A stretch of DNA of 64,000 nucleotides from Antedon mediterranea (lineage: Eukaryota; Animalia; Echinodermata). Position numbers and translations under genes: made by a program. Position 1 is the stretch's first letter; each line of letters opens with the position of its first letter. The notes below the pieces were generated by a model, which worked only from the letters and a program-made list of their open reading frames with translations, made no database searches and had not been told where the DNA came from. Location: NCBI RefSeq assembly GCF_964355755.1, contig NC_092674.1, positions 30,256,001-30,320,000 of the forward strand, read 5' to 3'. Of the stretch, positions 1 to 23,500 are shown one piece after another.

Positions 1-1045
1 TGTGTTGCGTCGCTAGTGGGAACCACGCTTTACTACTTCTTACGCAAGAAAGACGAAAGCGCAAGGCAAGTCATTCATCAATAACAACGCGATAGAGACC
101 ATCCTAACATGTCGCGTGTGAATTAGCCAATTCTCATATGCGCCATGTCGTTGCGTTGCGTCGTCCTCTTAGAGTGGTAACCAAGTTGAATTTCGTCACA
201 CTGGAAGGTTATGATAGAGCCTAGTTGTCTCGTTGAACATTATAGGGCCTATATATGCCTACAGAGATACTGATTATTAGTCATTTTACAATGTGAATCT
301 TCCTATCCGTGATATGTATGAATATTAAAGAGGTCCTTTCTATACAACATAAACATATTTTTTAGCTTATAGGACGATTTACACAGACAAGCGATAACGG
401 TAAGCGGAAAACCGCGTAGCTTGTCTCCCACGTGATTAGTGACATCTGTATCTTTGCTTTGCTTCAATTCAATTCACGGCACGTCATGGAATAAAGATCG
501 CTCTGGAATAACTTAAAACCGCAAATATACCAACATCATCGCCTCTACAGCGGTTTGATAGATCAATATTGCGGCTAGGCATCAGGTGAGATCGTGATGA
601 CACGATCCTGCTCACGGGTGCACGCGGCGGGACCACTGTCTACGTGGGAGGTGATACAGGTAAACCGGCAGTAGCCCTAGCGGCGGCGGAGAGCTAGGCG
701 TACATCGCTCACACGACACCTGCTTGAGTTTTGAAAAACGTGTCGCTTTTTATCAGTGAACATAAGAAATATCAATACGATTATTATCTCTACTAACATT
801 AGAATCGTTGTGTTTTAATTAATGTCACTGTTATAAAGGAAGGGGGGCAGAGATAAGAGAAGCGCCCCTGGGAATTAACCAAGTGTCAATCACACTTTTA
901 TATAAACATAATAACTGATGTCATTGACACCAACATTTAGGAAGTCGATTTGTAAACAAGTTACAGCGCCATTTATAACGGTGAAAATATATCCTGAATA
1001 TGGTTGTCGTATTTGCACATGCAGTAACGTTATCGCGTCCGATTT

Positions 1046-1800
1046 AAGCTTGGTTCCCACTAGGAATACATAGTCATTGGTTGTCGTATTTGCACATGCA
1101 GTAACGTTTTCGAGTCCGCTTCAAGCTTGGTTCCCACTCACTAGCGACGCAACGCAAGGACGTAACGCAACGTAAAGCGTGGTTCTCACTAGCGACGCAA
1201 CACAAGGACGTAACGCAACGCAAGTGAATTGACCAATCACAAGCTTAAAGCTTGGTTCCCACTAGAACGTAACGCAAGGACGTAAACGCAACGCAAGCGT
1301 TTTAACCAATGACAAGCGAAGTTATAGACAGTTAGCAATCACATGCGAATAAGCCATCGCTTGTGATTGGTCAATTCACTTGCGTTGCGTTACGTCCTTG
1401 TGTTGCGTCACTAGTGGGAACCACTCTTTAGTGATTTGACCAATCACAAGCGATGGATTATTCGAACAGTGTCTTGTCATTTGTCAACTCGCTTGCGTTG
1501 TACGTACGTCCTAGGGTTGCGTCTCTAGTGGAAACTACGCTTTACTTGTTCTAATATTGTTCATGACTTGTTCATTTCATTCATTTATTTATTTTACACA
1601 AAGCAAAATATGACACACCCGGAATCTCTTTCGACAGATAACCGCAGAATAAAATGTGGAAGCTTGGTTCTCACTAGGACGCAGCGCAAGGACGTAAGCG
1701 TAACGCAAGCAAGTTGACCAATCAAGACGCGATATATCCACTGTGATTGGTCAAATATTGAGTGACGTCGCGTTGCGTCATAGTTGAAGTTTGGTTGCAA
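1046..1800. mobile_element. Cluster of nested and partial MITE family A copies (PIF/Harbinger, Tourist-like)
   Basis: Repeated termini AGC(T/G)TGGTTCCCACTAG. Near-complete copy at 1249-1427, fragments at ~1046, 1124, 1175, 1430-1543 and 1660-1800, and another copy end at 1-31. Confidence 0.8.
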
Positions 1801-3536
1801 TTGGCGTTGTTGTTCTAGCGATCGGTTACCATTCGTTGTGTTGTTGTCTATCTTTTTAGTTTAAACTCATTCAGAAGACGAGTTTGTATCCATTGTTGCA
1901 TTGTTCAACCCGATACAACATTCGGTGTGTGCAGAGTGGCAATAACATTATATTTCTTTTCTCGTTAATGTTAATATAAGCACAACTGAGGCCAGTAACA
2001 CGTTATATGTATGGCTGTATCATTTTATAACTAAACCGAACCTTGAACTGACTGTGCCAGTCTGTTGAAAACTGTTTAACATTTACAACTCTTTGTCCAA
2101 GTAACATCAATACAATTTTCAAACATGTAAGCTTATTTTACGCGCGCGTCCATTGTCCATATTTGGAGGTAGTTTGTTATAGACAACGTGAACAACAAAC
2201 CCCATTACCACATTTTCAGGATCCACAATTGTATCATTAAATCTCCTCGGTAAATTGATTACATAATTGAATTACAGGTTGACCGCTGATATGTGTGAGG
2301 GTATATCCCTTTTGGTATTCCTTTTCAGGCCCTAAAATGGCTGCCTCGAGAGTCAACGTTTAAACATATAATGGTTTTAATCCGACCCAACCTACTTTCA
2401 TGAACAGGGAAGTACCAATACATGACGTAATTAATTTAATCGTTCGTATACGTTCTTCTCATCCGGTAATACATTAATTGTATCCATATATTATACCGTA
2501 ACTTCAAATTGATGTGCTGATTTCGGGGCTGATTTGTTATGCTCTCTACAGGTCTTTTAAACACATTTTAGTCGCGTGTAATCGCGACTCTATAGCTCAT
2601 GTCACTATATGTCGGTCGGTAGGTAGATCGGTCGGTAAACACTAACTCAAATGTGCGCACGCGACTGGGCTAGCTATGTCATGGCCTTGTTACTGAAAGA
2701 TGCCGATTGAGCTGTGTCCGTTTAATTCTACATATCGGTTCTGTCACTATAGGCTACGTTCTTTTTCTATACATTCCCTTTCTTCACAACCTATCAATTC
2801 CTCTATCTTTCCATCTACCTGTGCATCTAAATGTTGATCCCTCTTAGAGTGATCTACATTGATATTATTGGATGTAGGCCTATAGATTTAATATGTCTGT
2901 CCACACTGTCAAATTCAATTTACGTGCGATACATTGCGTATACAGTTTAAACCTTGGTTCCCACGCAAAAACGTAGCACAACGCAAGCAACAGTTTTCTA
3001 CTAATCCATCGCTGGTCAAATTATTCTGGGTTGTGCTTATGCCGTTCCTAGAGTCGGGAACCACCAAGCTTAAACTACCAAAAAAACAGTAAGCATATTA
3101 GACAAACTGGTTGCTTCGTTTGGTCAGCTCAATTTTGAGCTCAAACTGAGGCTACTGGGAACCCGACTACAAACTTACCCAATCAACGCCAGCTCCTCAA
3201 TACAGAACCATGTTGCATTTCACATGGTAATCACAGCACTCTTCTCCGATTCCACTCACTAGCGATTTATAAACGTTTGATCGTTATGTAATATCAAAAA
3301 CACTGGCCCAGTATAATATAACCTTATTTTTATAGGGTTAATGCCGTAGAGAAATAATACTTAATGCCTTTGGTATTATGCCATAAAGATAAAGCTTATT
3401 TAAAATAAGTACCGATAACTTTACCGTCTCATTATATCATTACTCTTTGTGCAAAAAACCAAGGCCGCATTCTACTTTTTTTATTTCATTTATTTCGTCA
3501 AGAAAGAAAGATAACAAAACCCCGTGACGTAGATTA

Positions 3537-3833
3537 AGCCTGGTTTCCATAAAATCGCTACACCGTTTCCATTGAAATCGCTACACGCGCAAATGCCGCC
3601 GACGCGCATTGGGGAGGTCTCCCCGATTCATCGCAGACAAATCGGCAAAGTTCAACCATGTTCAACTTTGCCGATTTTGTCGGCGATGAGTCGTATACGC
3701 GTGTACCAAAGAATATTTAGCGCTCGCGTACTAGATCCCCGATCAATTCTAGCGTTTCCATAGAATCGCTACGCTCTGTCGATCGGCGACAGCAGTCGGC
3801 GACACGGTGTAGCGATTTTATGGAAACCAGGCT
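3537..3833. mobile_element. MITE family B (~297 bp), Harbinger-like
   Basis: Perfect ~30-bp TIR AGCCTGGTTTCCATAAAATCGCTACACCGT...ACGGTGTAGCGATTTTATGGAAACCAGGCT. Internal repeats of TTTCCAT..AATCGCTAC; preceded by TTA. Confidence 0.8.
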
Positions 3834-6808
3834 TCAAACTGAATTGAATCTTTATCTTTACTAAATACATTTTGAAGAAAATAGACAATTCAACTATCGA
3901 TTTGATTTGTCGAAGTTGATTAGTTAGTGCAATTATACGATGGAGCCAAAAAGACGTCTAGGAAATGGTTTTCATTTCTTTGAAAATGTTGAAAATGTAA
4001 TAGTAAATAACATGTGTTTGTAGGCCTGGGTCGCAGTGAATATAAAATTAGAAGTTGGGCCAACAAAATCATTGCAATGAAGGCGTGCAAACTGCATAAA
4101 ACAGTGAGTAGGCCTAGATTAGTTCGTATACTATAGGCCTACGTTGATTTGGTTTTATTCGGTTTCAACCTAATGACAAGCCACTATGAATATCAACACA
4201 TTTACACGCAAATTAAATAAAAACCAAGGATAGCTCATAAAAAGTCGAAAGAAAAATCAACTTTATTCCACAACAGCTAAATTGTATACGTACGAACGTG
4301 GTAGACGGTTTCGCAATGAGAGAGAAACCACGAAATGCGATGCAAGCGTTTTTTTACGTCAAACAAATTGCGTACTTGTCGGAAACAATCAATCAATGCT
4401 TATCTGTAAGAACCTTGTAGCTGCACTCACTTGAACTTTACTATTCCACGTGTTTACTCAGTTTTCTATTTTCTTTTTAACCAACAGCCATTTCAAGTTT
4501 AATTGCATACAAATCAGCAGATATGAACGTATTTGTATACTGTTATATGCGGCGTACGTGCGATCTATCAGAATCCCCCTCACACAATCATGAGTAAAAT
4601 GTAACTTTACTGACTAGGCCTCGGGCTTTCATGTTTTGTATTAGGACCGGTATGTGATGTGCCCATATATGGACATGATGATGTCATATCACTACCATAT
4701 TTGGCACATCACACTTTTTTTGTCAAACTAGTTTGATAGTGTAGACAGAGCTTTAGTTTTTTTGACAAATCAGTACAGAACCGGTGTTTGAACATTTAAA
4801 AAAAAAAATATACGGTACACATCAGTGAATCAACATTATGCATCTTGTATTTAAACAAATTGTAACAATACGCCATGAATATTCTCAATCATCCAAGTAG
4901 TGTTAATTTTAGAAACAATAAAATACGCCTATAGGCCTACTACAACACAAATCAGGTAATCACATTAAAAACACTGAAGATACCGATATTTTGCTTCAAT
5001 GTGACCACATAATAATAAACCACATTCAGAAATGACTCGTTTGTTTTAAAACAATTACCCGGGTGGTCTTTTAAATTGTGCAATTGTTTAGGCCTGGGTC
5101 GTCCTGATTGAATTGATTTAAATTAAACCGCGGATTAACGCAAATGGTTACGGATCGGTTACCGATTGTTTGCCGACTAGAGTACCCCAAGAACTGGAAG
5201 CCATTAAAAGTGAACCCCGTGTGGGACAACGATCGATCATTGAACCTAAACTTGCTCAAAACACCCACACTTGTAAAAAACAAACTAAACAAGATCATCG
5301 TGTAGGCCTACACAAAATAATGTTCGAAAAAATACAGTACGGCGTAGAAGCGCGCGTATACATTTGTTGGTCATTTTTATCAACATGTTAACGCGCAAAA
5401 CGAATTTGATTTTCCCTTTCGCAATTATAAATTAATAGAGTTAGCAGATAGGCCTACAGTTAGGTGGGGGGATGGCAAAATCAGCACTGTGGTCATGTTC
5501 CATACAAAACAATCTAGATTATCTGATGAACTCCTAGAAAGTAGGAAACCTTTTGCCATTTTCCCTGATTGGATAATGTATTCATTGTAAAATCCTGTTT
5601 AGTAGGCCTAATGGTGTTTTATTGTTATAAAGTAAATCAAATTTCCGTTTTTAGAAACGCATTATTGTTGGGCGGTTTAGATTTGCCCCATTTGCGTTTA
5701 AAATTGATAATAAAGTGTACGGCATATTATTTACTTTCAGATATTATCACACAATTTACATCCGACTCTATTGTTGGTTGTAAGGTTATGGGTCTGTTAT
5801 CTGTACACTGTGGTTAAACACAGATAATTATAACCATGCCAAACCGGTATGGTACCGTTTTGGTGACAGATGCCGCCGCACTTGTCAAATGTTAATGCAT
5901 GATGCAATGACAAGAAGAATCTAGCCACGTGTCTTCCAGGGATAACGATCCCTTTTACCATAATACTGGATAATATCAATCAACGTGCCCGAGTTTACTT
6001 GTGTATATACAGTACAGTAGTAGGCCTATCTGCAGGTGTTTATGAGAGGACAGGGGATACGCGTAGGCCTACACCAGCAGAGGGGGAAGAGCGATCGCAA
6101 GAACCACACTACGATACGTACTATAAAAAAACCCACCCAAAACACATCTTTAATGTTCATAATATAAAAATCCCTTTCTGACAAAAATATAAAGCAAAGT
6201 TTAAAGAAATTTCGACGCCTCACGATTGCGACCCAGTGTTTATTCTAGTTTTTGTGTGGGTCAGTAAAGGATAAACTCAATGGTGTTTTATTAGTTTAGA
6301 AATAGAAACCACCTCTAAATATTATTATGTTCTCGTCTGAAACTACCGCTATAGAAAATAGTATCTGTAACCAAGAGGAATGTAGGCCTATACTTCCGTT
6401 GTAGTAAAACCACTGTATTGTGAAATTACAGTGGTATATTCATAAAAACGGTCTACTATGCCTAACATGTGATTATATTGTGGTGCGTGGTGATTGCTAA
6501 ATTGCTAATCAAGAAAACAGAAAGTTCTAATACTTTTTCTGGAAAATATTCGTCCTCGAAATACGGATAACATTGTATTAAATTAGCTTAATATTTAGAG
6601 CAGTCCAAGTTTTTCCTGGTGTCCGCAAACCACTGGAACTCTATTCAAAATACTCGGGTTTAAACGTCTTTAAAAAGACATTTCACACACGTGACTAATT
6701 AAAATACTTAGTTTGTCCTCGATAGTAATCAAGGTACTATTAAAACATATTCAATATCTTTAATGTTCTGAATGTTTAGGGTATGTAAAACGAACAAATG
6801 TTCCCTAA

Positions 6809-6987
6809 AGCGTGGTTCCCACTAGCGACGCAACGCAAGGACGTAACGCAACGCAAGTGAATTGACCAATCACAAGCGATGGCTTATTCGCTTGTGATTG
6901 CTAACTGTCTATAACTTCGCTTGGCATTGGTTAAAACGCTTGCGTTGCGTTTACGTCCTTGCGTTACGTTCTAGTGGGAACCAAGCT
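6809..6987. mobile_element. Intact MITE family A copy (179 bp) with TAA target-site duplication
   Basis: TAA|AGCGTGGTTCCCACTAG...CTAGTGGGAACCAAGCT|TAA with an internally palindromic body. A 3-bp TWA TSD is characteristic of PIF/Harbinger. Confidence 0.88.
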
Positions 6988-8949
6988 TAAGGGTTACGAG
7001 CAACCCATCCTCATAATTTGTAAACTTGCCCGCCCATATGTCATTTAATCCCATAGATAGTTAGTGACATCCTTAAGTTGTATGGAAACGCTGTGTGTGC
7101 AATAAAATAAGCTGAATATTATAATTCCAATCGCATTTCCGCTCTTAATTTTCTGTTATTATTGTTTTGGTCTATTATAATAATATCGTAACAGCATGAT
7201 TTCAGCTGTAGCTTATAATTTCACTCCGTTTAAGTATTCGTACATTTAAAAAAGCACACCTCCCTTAAGCATGTGTTTTTTCACAAATTTTACGTCCGTT
7301 CTCGCCAGTGGTATTTGAGCAGTAGTAACAACAAGAATGAATGAAAACAAACCCCCCTGGAGTAGCGTTGTGCGTCCAGTCAGTGTAGACCGGAACACAC
7401 ACATTGATAGTACGTCGCACGTCAAAAAGCGCACTGACGCGCTAGTGGTGGTATATAGCAGGCGATCACGTACGGCCTAGGTCGTGGTACTTTTCAACGA
7501 GTGTCGTTTGACAGAGATAATCAGCTGTCCCATGTATTCATCTGCTCCTCCGTCACGATGGGAAACTTAACGCCCAGCATCCGGTTCTAATGGCACCGTT
7601 TACATTAATATGCCGAGAGAGTGTGATCGTCACGGCCACATACGACTAAACGCCTGTCAACGTATATCCTATAGACTACTGTACTACAATAGCGAAGGGT
7701 GTTCTATTTAAATCTATGAACCGGAATCTGAGGATTTTCCACGTAACATCAATTATTATATGGAATTTATGAAGATTTACACTTTGAAATATTTATGAGT
7801 TTGACATTTAAAATACCAATGTTTCCAATCATATGCTAGCTATCATTTTGTCTACAGACAAGCGTACGTCATTCAGGCGTTTGCAATTAATATTAGGCCT
7901 ACTGTCGATCGTCGGGCCACACAAACAGAGCACTAAATTAAATGTTATAGTTTTTCATCACAACACAACGACGTAAACGCAACGCATGTGAGTAGACCAA
8001 TCACAAGCGACAGTTCCTATAATCAACCAACGCTTGTGATTGGTCAATTTACGCTCGTTGCGTTGCGGGTCCTCATCGCATCTGTCTGTAACTATTCCGC
8101 CAAATTCTCAGTGCTGTATCTCCACTATGACAATATTTCTCCAGTATCATTGGAGAATTCCACAATACATATGTGTATCACATGTGGTGCCTGTATCATG
8201 GAAGGTTAGGCTAAGGGTTGGTCTATACATGTGTAATGTTAGTAAAACACAAATTTAGATATATACTGTAGTGGCCTATCGAGAATCAGGTATTGTATGT
8301 TTACTTACCTCCTGTATTCACACTTGCTGTTAAATGTGTGTGTGTGTATAAAAGTGTCATATAAAAATATTTATCACAAAATTATTTGAATTGGAATCTG
8401 TCAGTAATTCTAGTGGGTGGTATATAAGTTAGTAACACATGTTTTGCGCCCAAAGGTACACGACCATTGCTACTACTCCCTCAGGCACACATTGCCATAT
8501 ATTCCCCAAAGAGTTCAAATGATGAGGGTAAATTGCTAAAAAAAGTTGATTGCTATGAAATTGGAACGGTAAAATAGATCATCTATTTCAATAGTTTATT
8601 GTTTGACCAAAAATGAGGTTAAAACCATAGAGTATAAATGTACAATACATTATATATCTTCATTTTTTTTCTAATAAGTGAAAAAAACTATAGAGGTTTA
8701 ATTAACTAGAGAGTGAACTTAAATGTAATCATTTTGCTGTCTAGTCGGCTCTTTAGAAGTTTAATGTAGCTCTAGGGGAAAAAACAGAAATGGAATAATG
8801 GTCTTTGTCATCAGTTCTTTTATTAATACCATCATAATATTATCTATGTTATTCTTTGATGAATATACTTTTTTTTGGTATCTATATTTTAAAATAAAAT
8901 ACTGGTATAAAAAAAGTTAAAAAGTAAGAATTTCTTCTGTTGCCTTACA

Positions 8950-19613
<10,664 letters not shown>

Positions 19614-19667
19614 TTTATATAGGAAACTTTAATTAACTTACATCCACCGAGAAATCATTGTCACCTC

Positions 19668-19700
19668 ATGGGCGCAGCCATCTTTAAGAGCGCCCTCTAC
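19668..19700 (-). promoter_or_regulatory. SPATA5 proximal promoter motifs: YY1-like AAGATGGCTGC and CTCF-like TAGAGGGCGCT
   Basis: On the minus strand, GTAGAGGGCGCTCTTAAAGATGGCTGCGCCC lies ~55-90 bp upstream of the ATG at 19613. Identified by motif resemblance only. Confidence 0.45.
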
Positions 19701-20519
19701 ACAATATCAAGTTTTTTTTTATATGGTACGCATTAGGTGCCTTCTACGAGATTTAAATTATTATTAGATAAATGTGATTTAGTGTATTGCAGATGTTTCG
19801 TCGTAGCATGGAGGTATAAATACCTCCATGGTCGTAGGATGTAAAGAATGAGTGAAGTCTATGGAACGCCTAAGTTGCATTAATAATTGTTGATCCAACA
19901 GTATGAATAACACCATGTATCATGACAAAACAGACGTAAACACAAAATTAAAGTCAGTAGTCAGCATATTATTAACAATGTTCTTTTTCTCCAAAAGGTT
20001 TAACCTAACATAAATAATAGAAATTAATATTTTTTATTCGTGAATCTAACACACAAGATTGTTTTATACTTCATATTGTCTGTCCAGAGTCACGTGACGT
20101 CACACACATGACGATGACACCATTAGTGGTCTAAAATATAAGATATAAACGGTAAAAATACTTACGATTAAGTATAAAAAGGCAATAAAAACTCATACCG
20201 GAATGAAAAAAATGAAATAAATGTTTTTTTGTTGAATAATTTCACACAATACACGTTTTTGTAACACTTTCTACTTGGTTAAAAATAGCTATTAAAATTG
20301 CCATAAAACACTATATAAAGTAAAAATACTTTACTATACTTTCAGTAAAAAATGTTCAGTTATAAAAATTTAGAATGATAAAATATGACCCTATTTTTGG
20401 GCCGGCTAACAGACCAGAATTCCCTTGGAGTCGACTGTTGCAGTTCCAAATTCAACTACTTAAACTCTGTCTACACTATCAAATGTTACGTTAGCGCGCG
20501 ATGATGTTACCGCAGCCTT

Positions 20520-23500
20520 TTATTGTATGGTGATGTCCGCGTCTCCAATAACACCGATCAGTTCAGTGGACGAGAACGAAATGATGATTTCTTTCTTGCC
20601 AACTTTCTGCTTAGCCGTAAGTCTCATATTATAATCCACGGTTTGGTTACCATTAATGTTCCTGCAATTATAAAAAGGTATGGGAATCAATTAGCGAGGA
20701 ACAATCAAATATTTGTGGTATATTCGATGCTATGAAGTAAAATAATGGTGGTATAATTAAGATATAAAGCATTATGTTAAGTGACTGAGCGGTAAGGCAG
20801 GGCACCGCAAGCCGTAGTCATCATACATAGGAGGGCGTGTGGCGCAGTGTGTTGGACGTTGGACTACCGATCGTCAGACCTAGGTTCGAATCCAACTCTC
20901 GCCGCATTGCTTGTATCCGTAGGCAAGATACTTTACTTACGTTGCCTCTCTCCACCCAGGTGTATAAATGGGTACCCAGTTAGATCTAGACACAACTGCG
21001 CTGGTTACCGGCTGCATTATGGGAGTATGTTTCCATACGTGTTTGATCCCAAAAAATACTGGGGTAATAATGCTTGTAAAGCGCCTTTGAGCATGATTAC
21101 TCATGGAAAGGGCGCTATATAAATCTGGTATTATTATTATTATACAATAATGATCACAGGTTCAAGGCTCTCATTACCCTGCCATAGTTCTGGTGGTAGA
21201 ACGAGTTTTCTCAGATAAGGACTAAACTCAACGGTCCACTGTACACATCTGGGTGGTTCCGTTAATATCCTGTCATAAATAATGAGGAGGAATATTACGA
21301 GACAAAAAAACAAAGTATGGCAACCAGAATACTCACCAACACCACTGTCGTTTGTAACCAGCCAGAGCAGAGCCCTCAGCACTGAAGAAGCAATTCTGTA
21401 GCTTGTACGGCATTGGGTTGGTGAACGACGCCTTGACGTTAAATGAGCTCCCCTTCTCGACAGTTGATGGGGCCTGTAATGAACAAGTTAATCTTGGTTG
21501 TTTGCATTATTTGGACGCAACGCGATAGCGTACGCGTATCGCGAGTGAGTTGTCCATTAAAAAGCGAGACTTCAGGTGATATATTGGTCAAAATCCCTTG
21601 CGTTGCGCTTACGTCAAGTCCGTTGCTACTAAAGCGTGGTTCTCACTAGCGACCCAACGCAAGGACGTAACGCAACGCAAGTGAATTGACCGAATAAGCG
21701 AATAAGCCATCGCTTGTGATTGCTAACTGTCTATAACTTCGCTTGTCATTGGTTAAAACGCTTGCGTTGCGTTTACGTCCTTGCGTTACGTTCTAGTGGG
21801 AAGCACGCTTTAGTGGGAACAAAGCTTTAATAGCGTCCAGTTTTGCTCTTCAAAATAAATGAAATATCGAACCAGTGACAGACATGTAATATACATTTTG
21901 CTTACCGTGATCTTTATAGTTGGTTTCGTTAATTTAAAGTCGTATCCTTTAATGATAGTCTGATTTGTTTCCGCGACGACCGCTGTGACGTCAAAGCGCA
22001 TTCCAGCGTGATCGACTAAATCACGCAGGTAGTCAGCAGCCACTAGTTTCAGACGATATACAGTTTCTAGGAAATCAAATTTAGATTCAGATGTTTTACA
22101 CATTGGTAAGTGATTTCCTATTGCACAGAATTATACGATTTTAATAAAATAATATAATTTTGGAATTAGTGCCAAAAGTTGCTCATACCTTTCGATGGTT
22201 TGATTGGTACGTTCGCCATCTCAGACACCACCTCCTTGGAGCGTACACCAGTGTAGTAAACCGAACTTCCGGTCATGCTCACAACGCAGTTGCGTAATTC
22301 TTTGCTTGTATTACGAAAGCGCAGAACAAGTTCAAAGTCTTTGCCAATCATAACGTCTTCCGGGAGTTCACCTGTAAGTTCGACGTCTTTTTTTGTCGCA
22401 ACGATGAGTTTTTTTACGGATCCGAGGTACTTTTCGACAGTGTAGATGGCTAGAAGTTCTTTATTCGAGCCTACGATGAAGAGAAAACGTATGAAATGAA
22501 TTATAAAAAAAATACGCCATTATTGAATAATTATATAAAAGGACGCGTTCGATTTGCGACGACCGTACCTATGGCCTTTGTAAAAATAGTTAGATTTATG
22601 AATTACGTCCTTAAGTCCAAAATAAGTCAAAAGTTGCCTAATATTACCTTCTGTTTATATTGATCGGAAATGATGTGTTTCTCCATCTTTCCTACTGCCT
22701 TTGTGACTGTCAAAATACCAACCGAATCAGTTTCGATGTCTATTGGAGTAGGAGGCTGCAGAGAAATTATACACATGTGTTCATATAGATAGATAGAGTA
22801 ATAGATAGATAATTGGGAACTATTAATGTACAGTAACATTTAAATTAACAAGCTAATTTTGATACGGACTGTTGTTAATTGGACAGACTTAAATATTCGA
22901 TTCTTCATTAGCACGATTACTTATATTTATCACTATGATGTTTATAAAAAATGAAGAAAAAGAATGTTAGATGTTACTACTAATATCCACTTTAGTCATT
23001 TTGTTGATGGAACACGAATTGTGTGACGATATAGAGGGCGCACTAACCATACCTCATTGGGATCTTTGGAATACTTCCACTTCACCTTACATGCGTTCAC
23101 TTCAGCAAATACAAACTTAGTGTCGTAAGAAAGCTGTACATGTCCAGCTTTAATGGCTGCTAGCGGCGCCGGGCCCATCTGAAACGCACCTAAGAATAAA
23201 ACAATAGAAAAATGAATTTAAAAACCAGCTTAAACTCGAAGGCCACTATTTCACAAATGGCAGACAATTAATTTGGAACGGTTTTATTTTATAATTTTGA
23301 TTTTTTGGGCAACCAGTTTTAATTTTGTGTTATCAATTCAATACAGATTATAACTGTAATGTATCATTAATAAAAACAGGTGCACAAATCTGTCATGTGA
23401 TAACCGGTGCACCATACCGTCACTTCTTTCTTGAGGCGTTGCGTCTACAGCTTGCCAGCCTCCATATCCAGACGGTAAGTCTGGTCTTGCCATCCAGACG

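Noticed and set aside
1-8900. Protein-coding gene in the first 9 kb
   Set aside because: Short ORFs there lack recognisable motifs or derive from MITEs. A non-coding first exon near 6000-6230 is possible but unsupported.
20831-20910. tRNA gene
   Set aside because: A/B boxes continue into a SINE body and tail, and the cloverleaf is imperfect. The same applies to the heads at 43134 and 11845.
21178-21269. Possible extra transglutaminase exon ([12 protein letters not shown]...)
   Set aside because: Overlaps a SINE fragment similar to 56390-56460; exon 13 joins the final exon at 20661 in phase without it.
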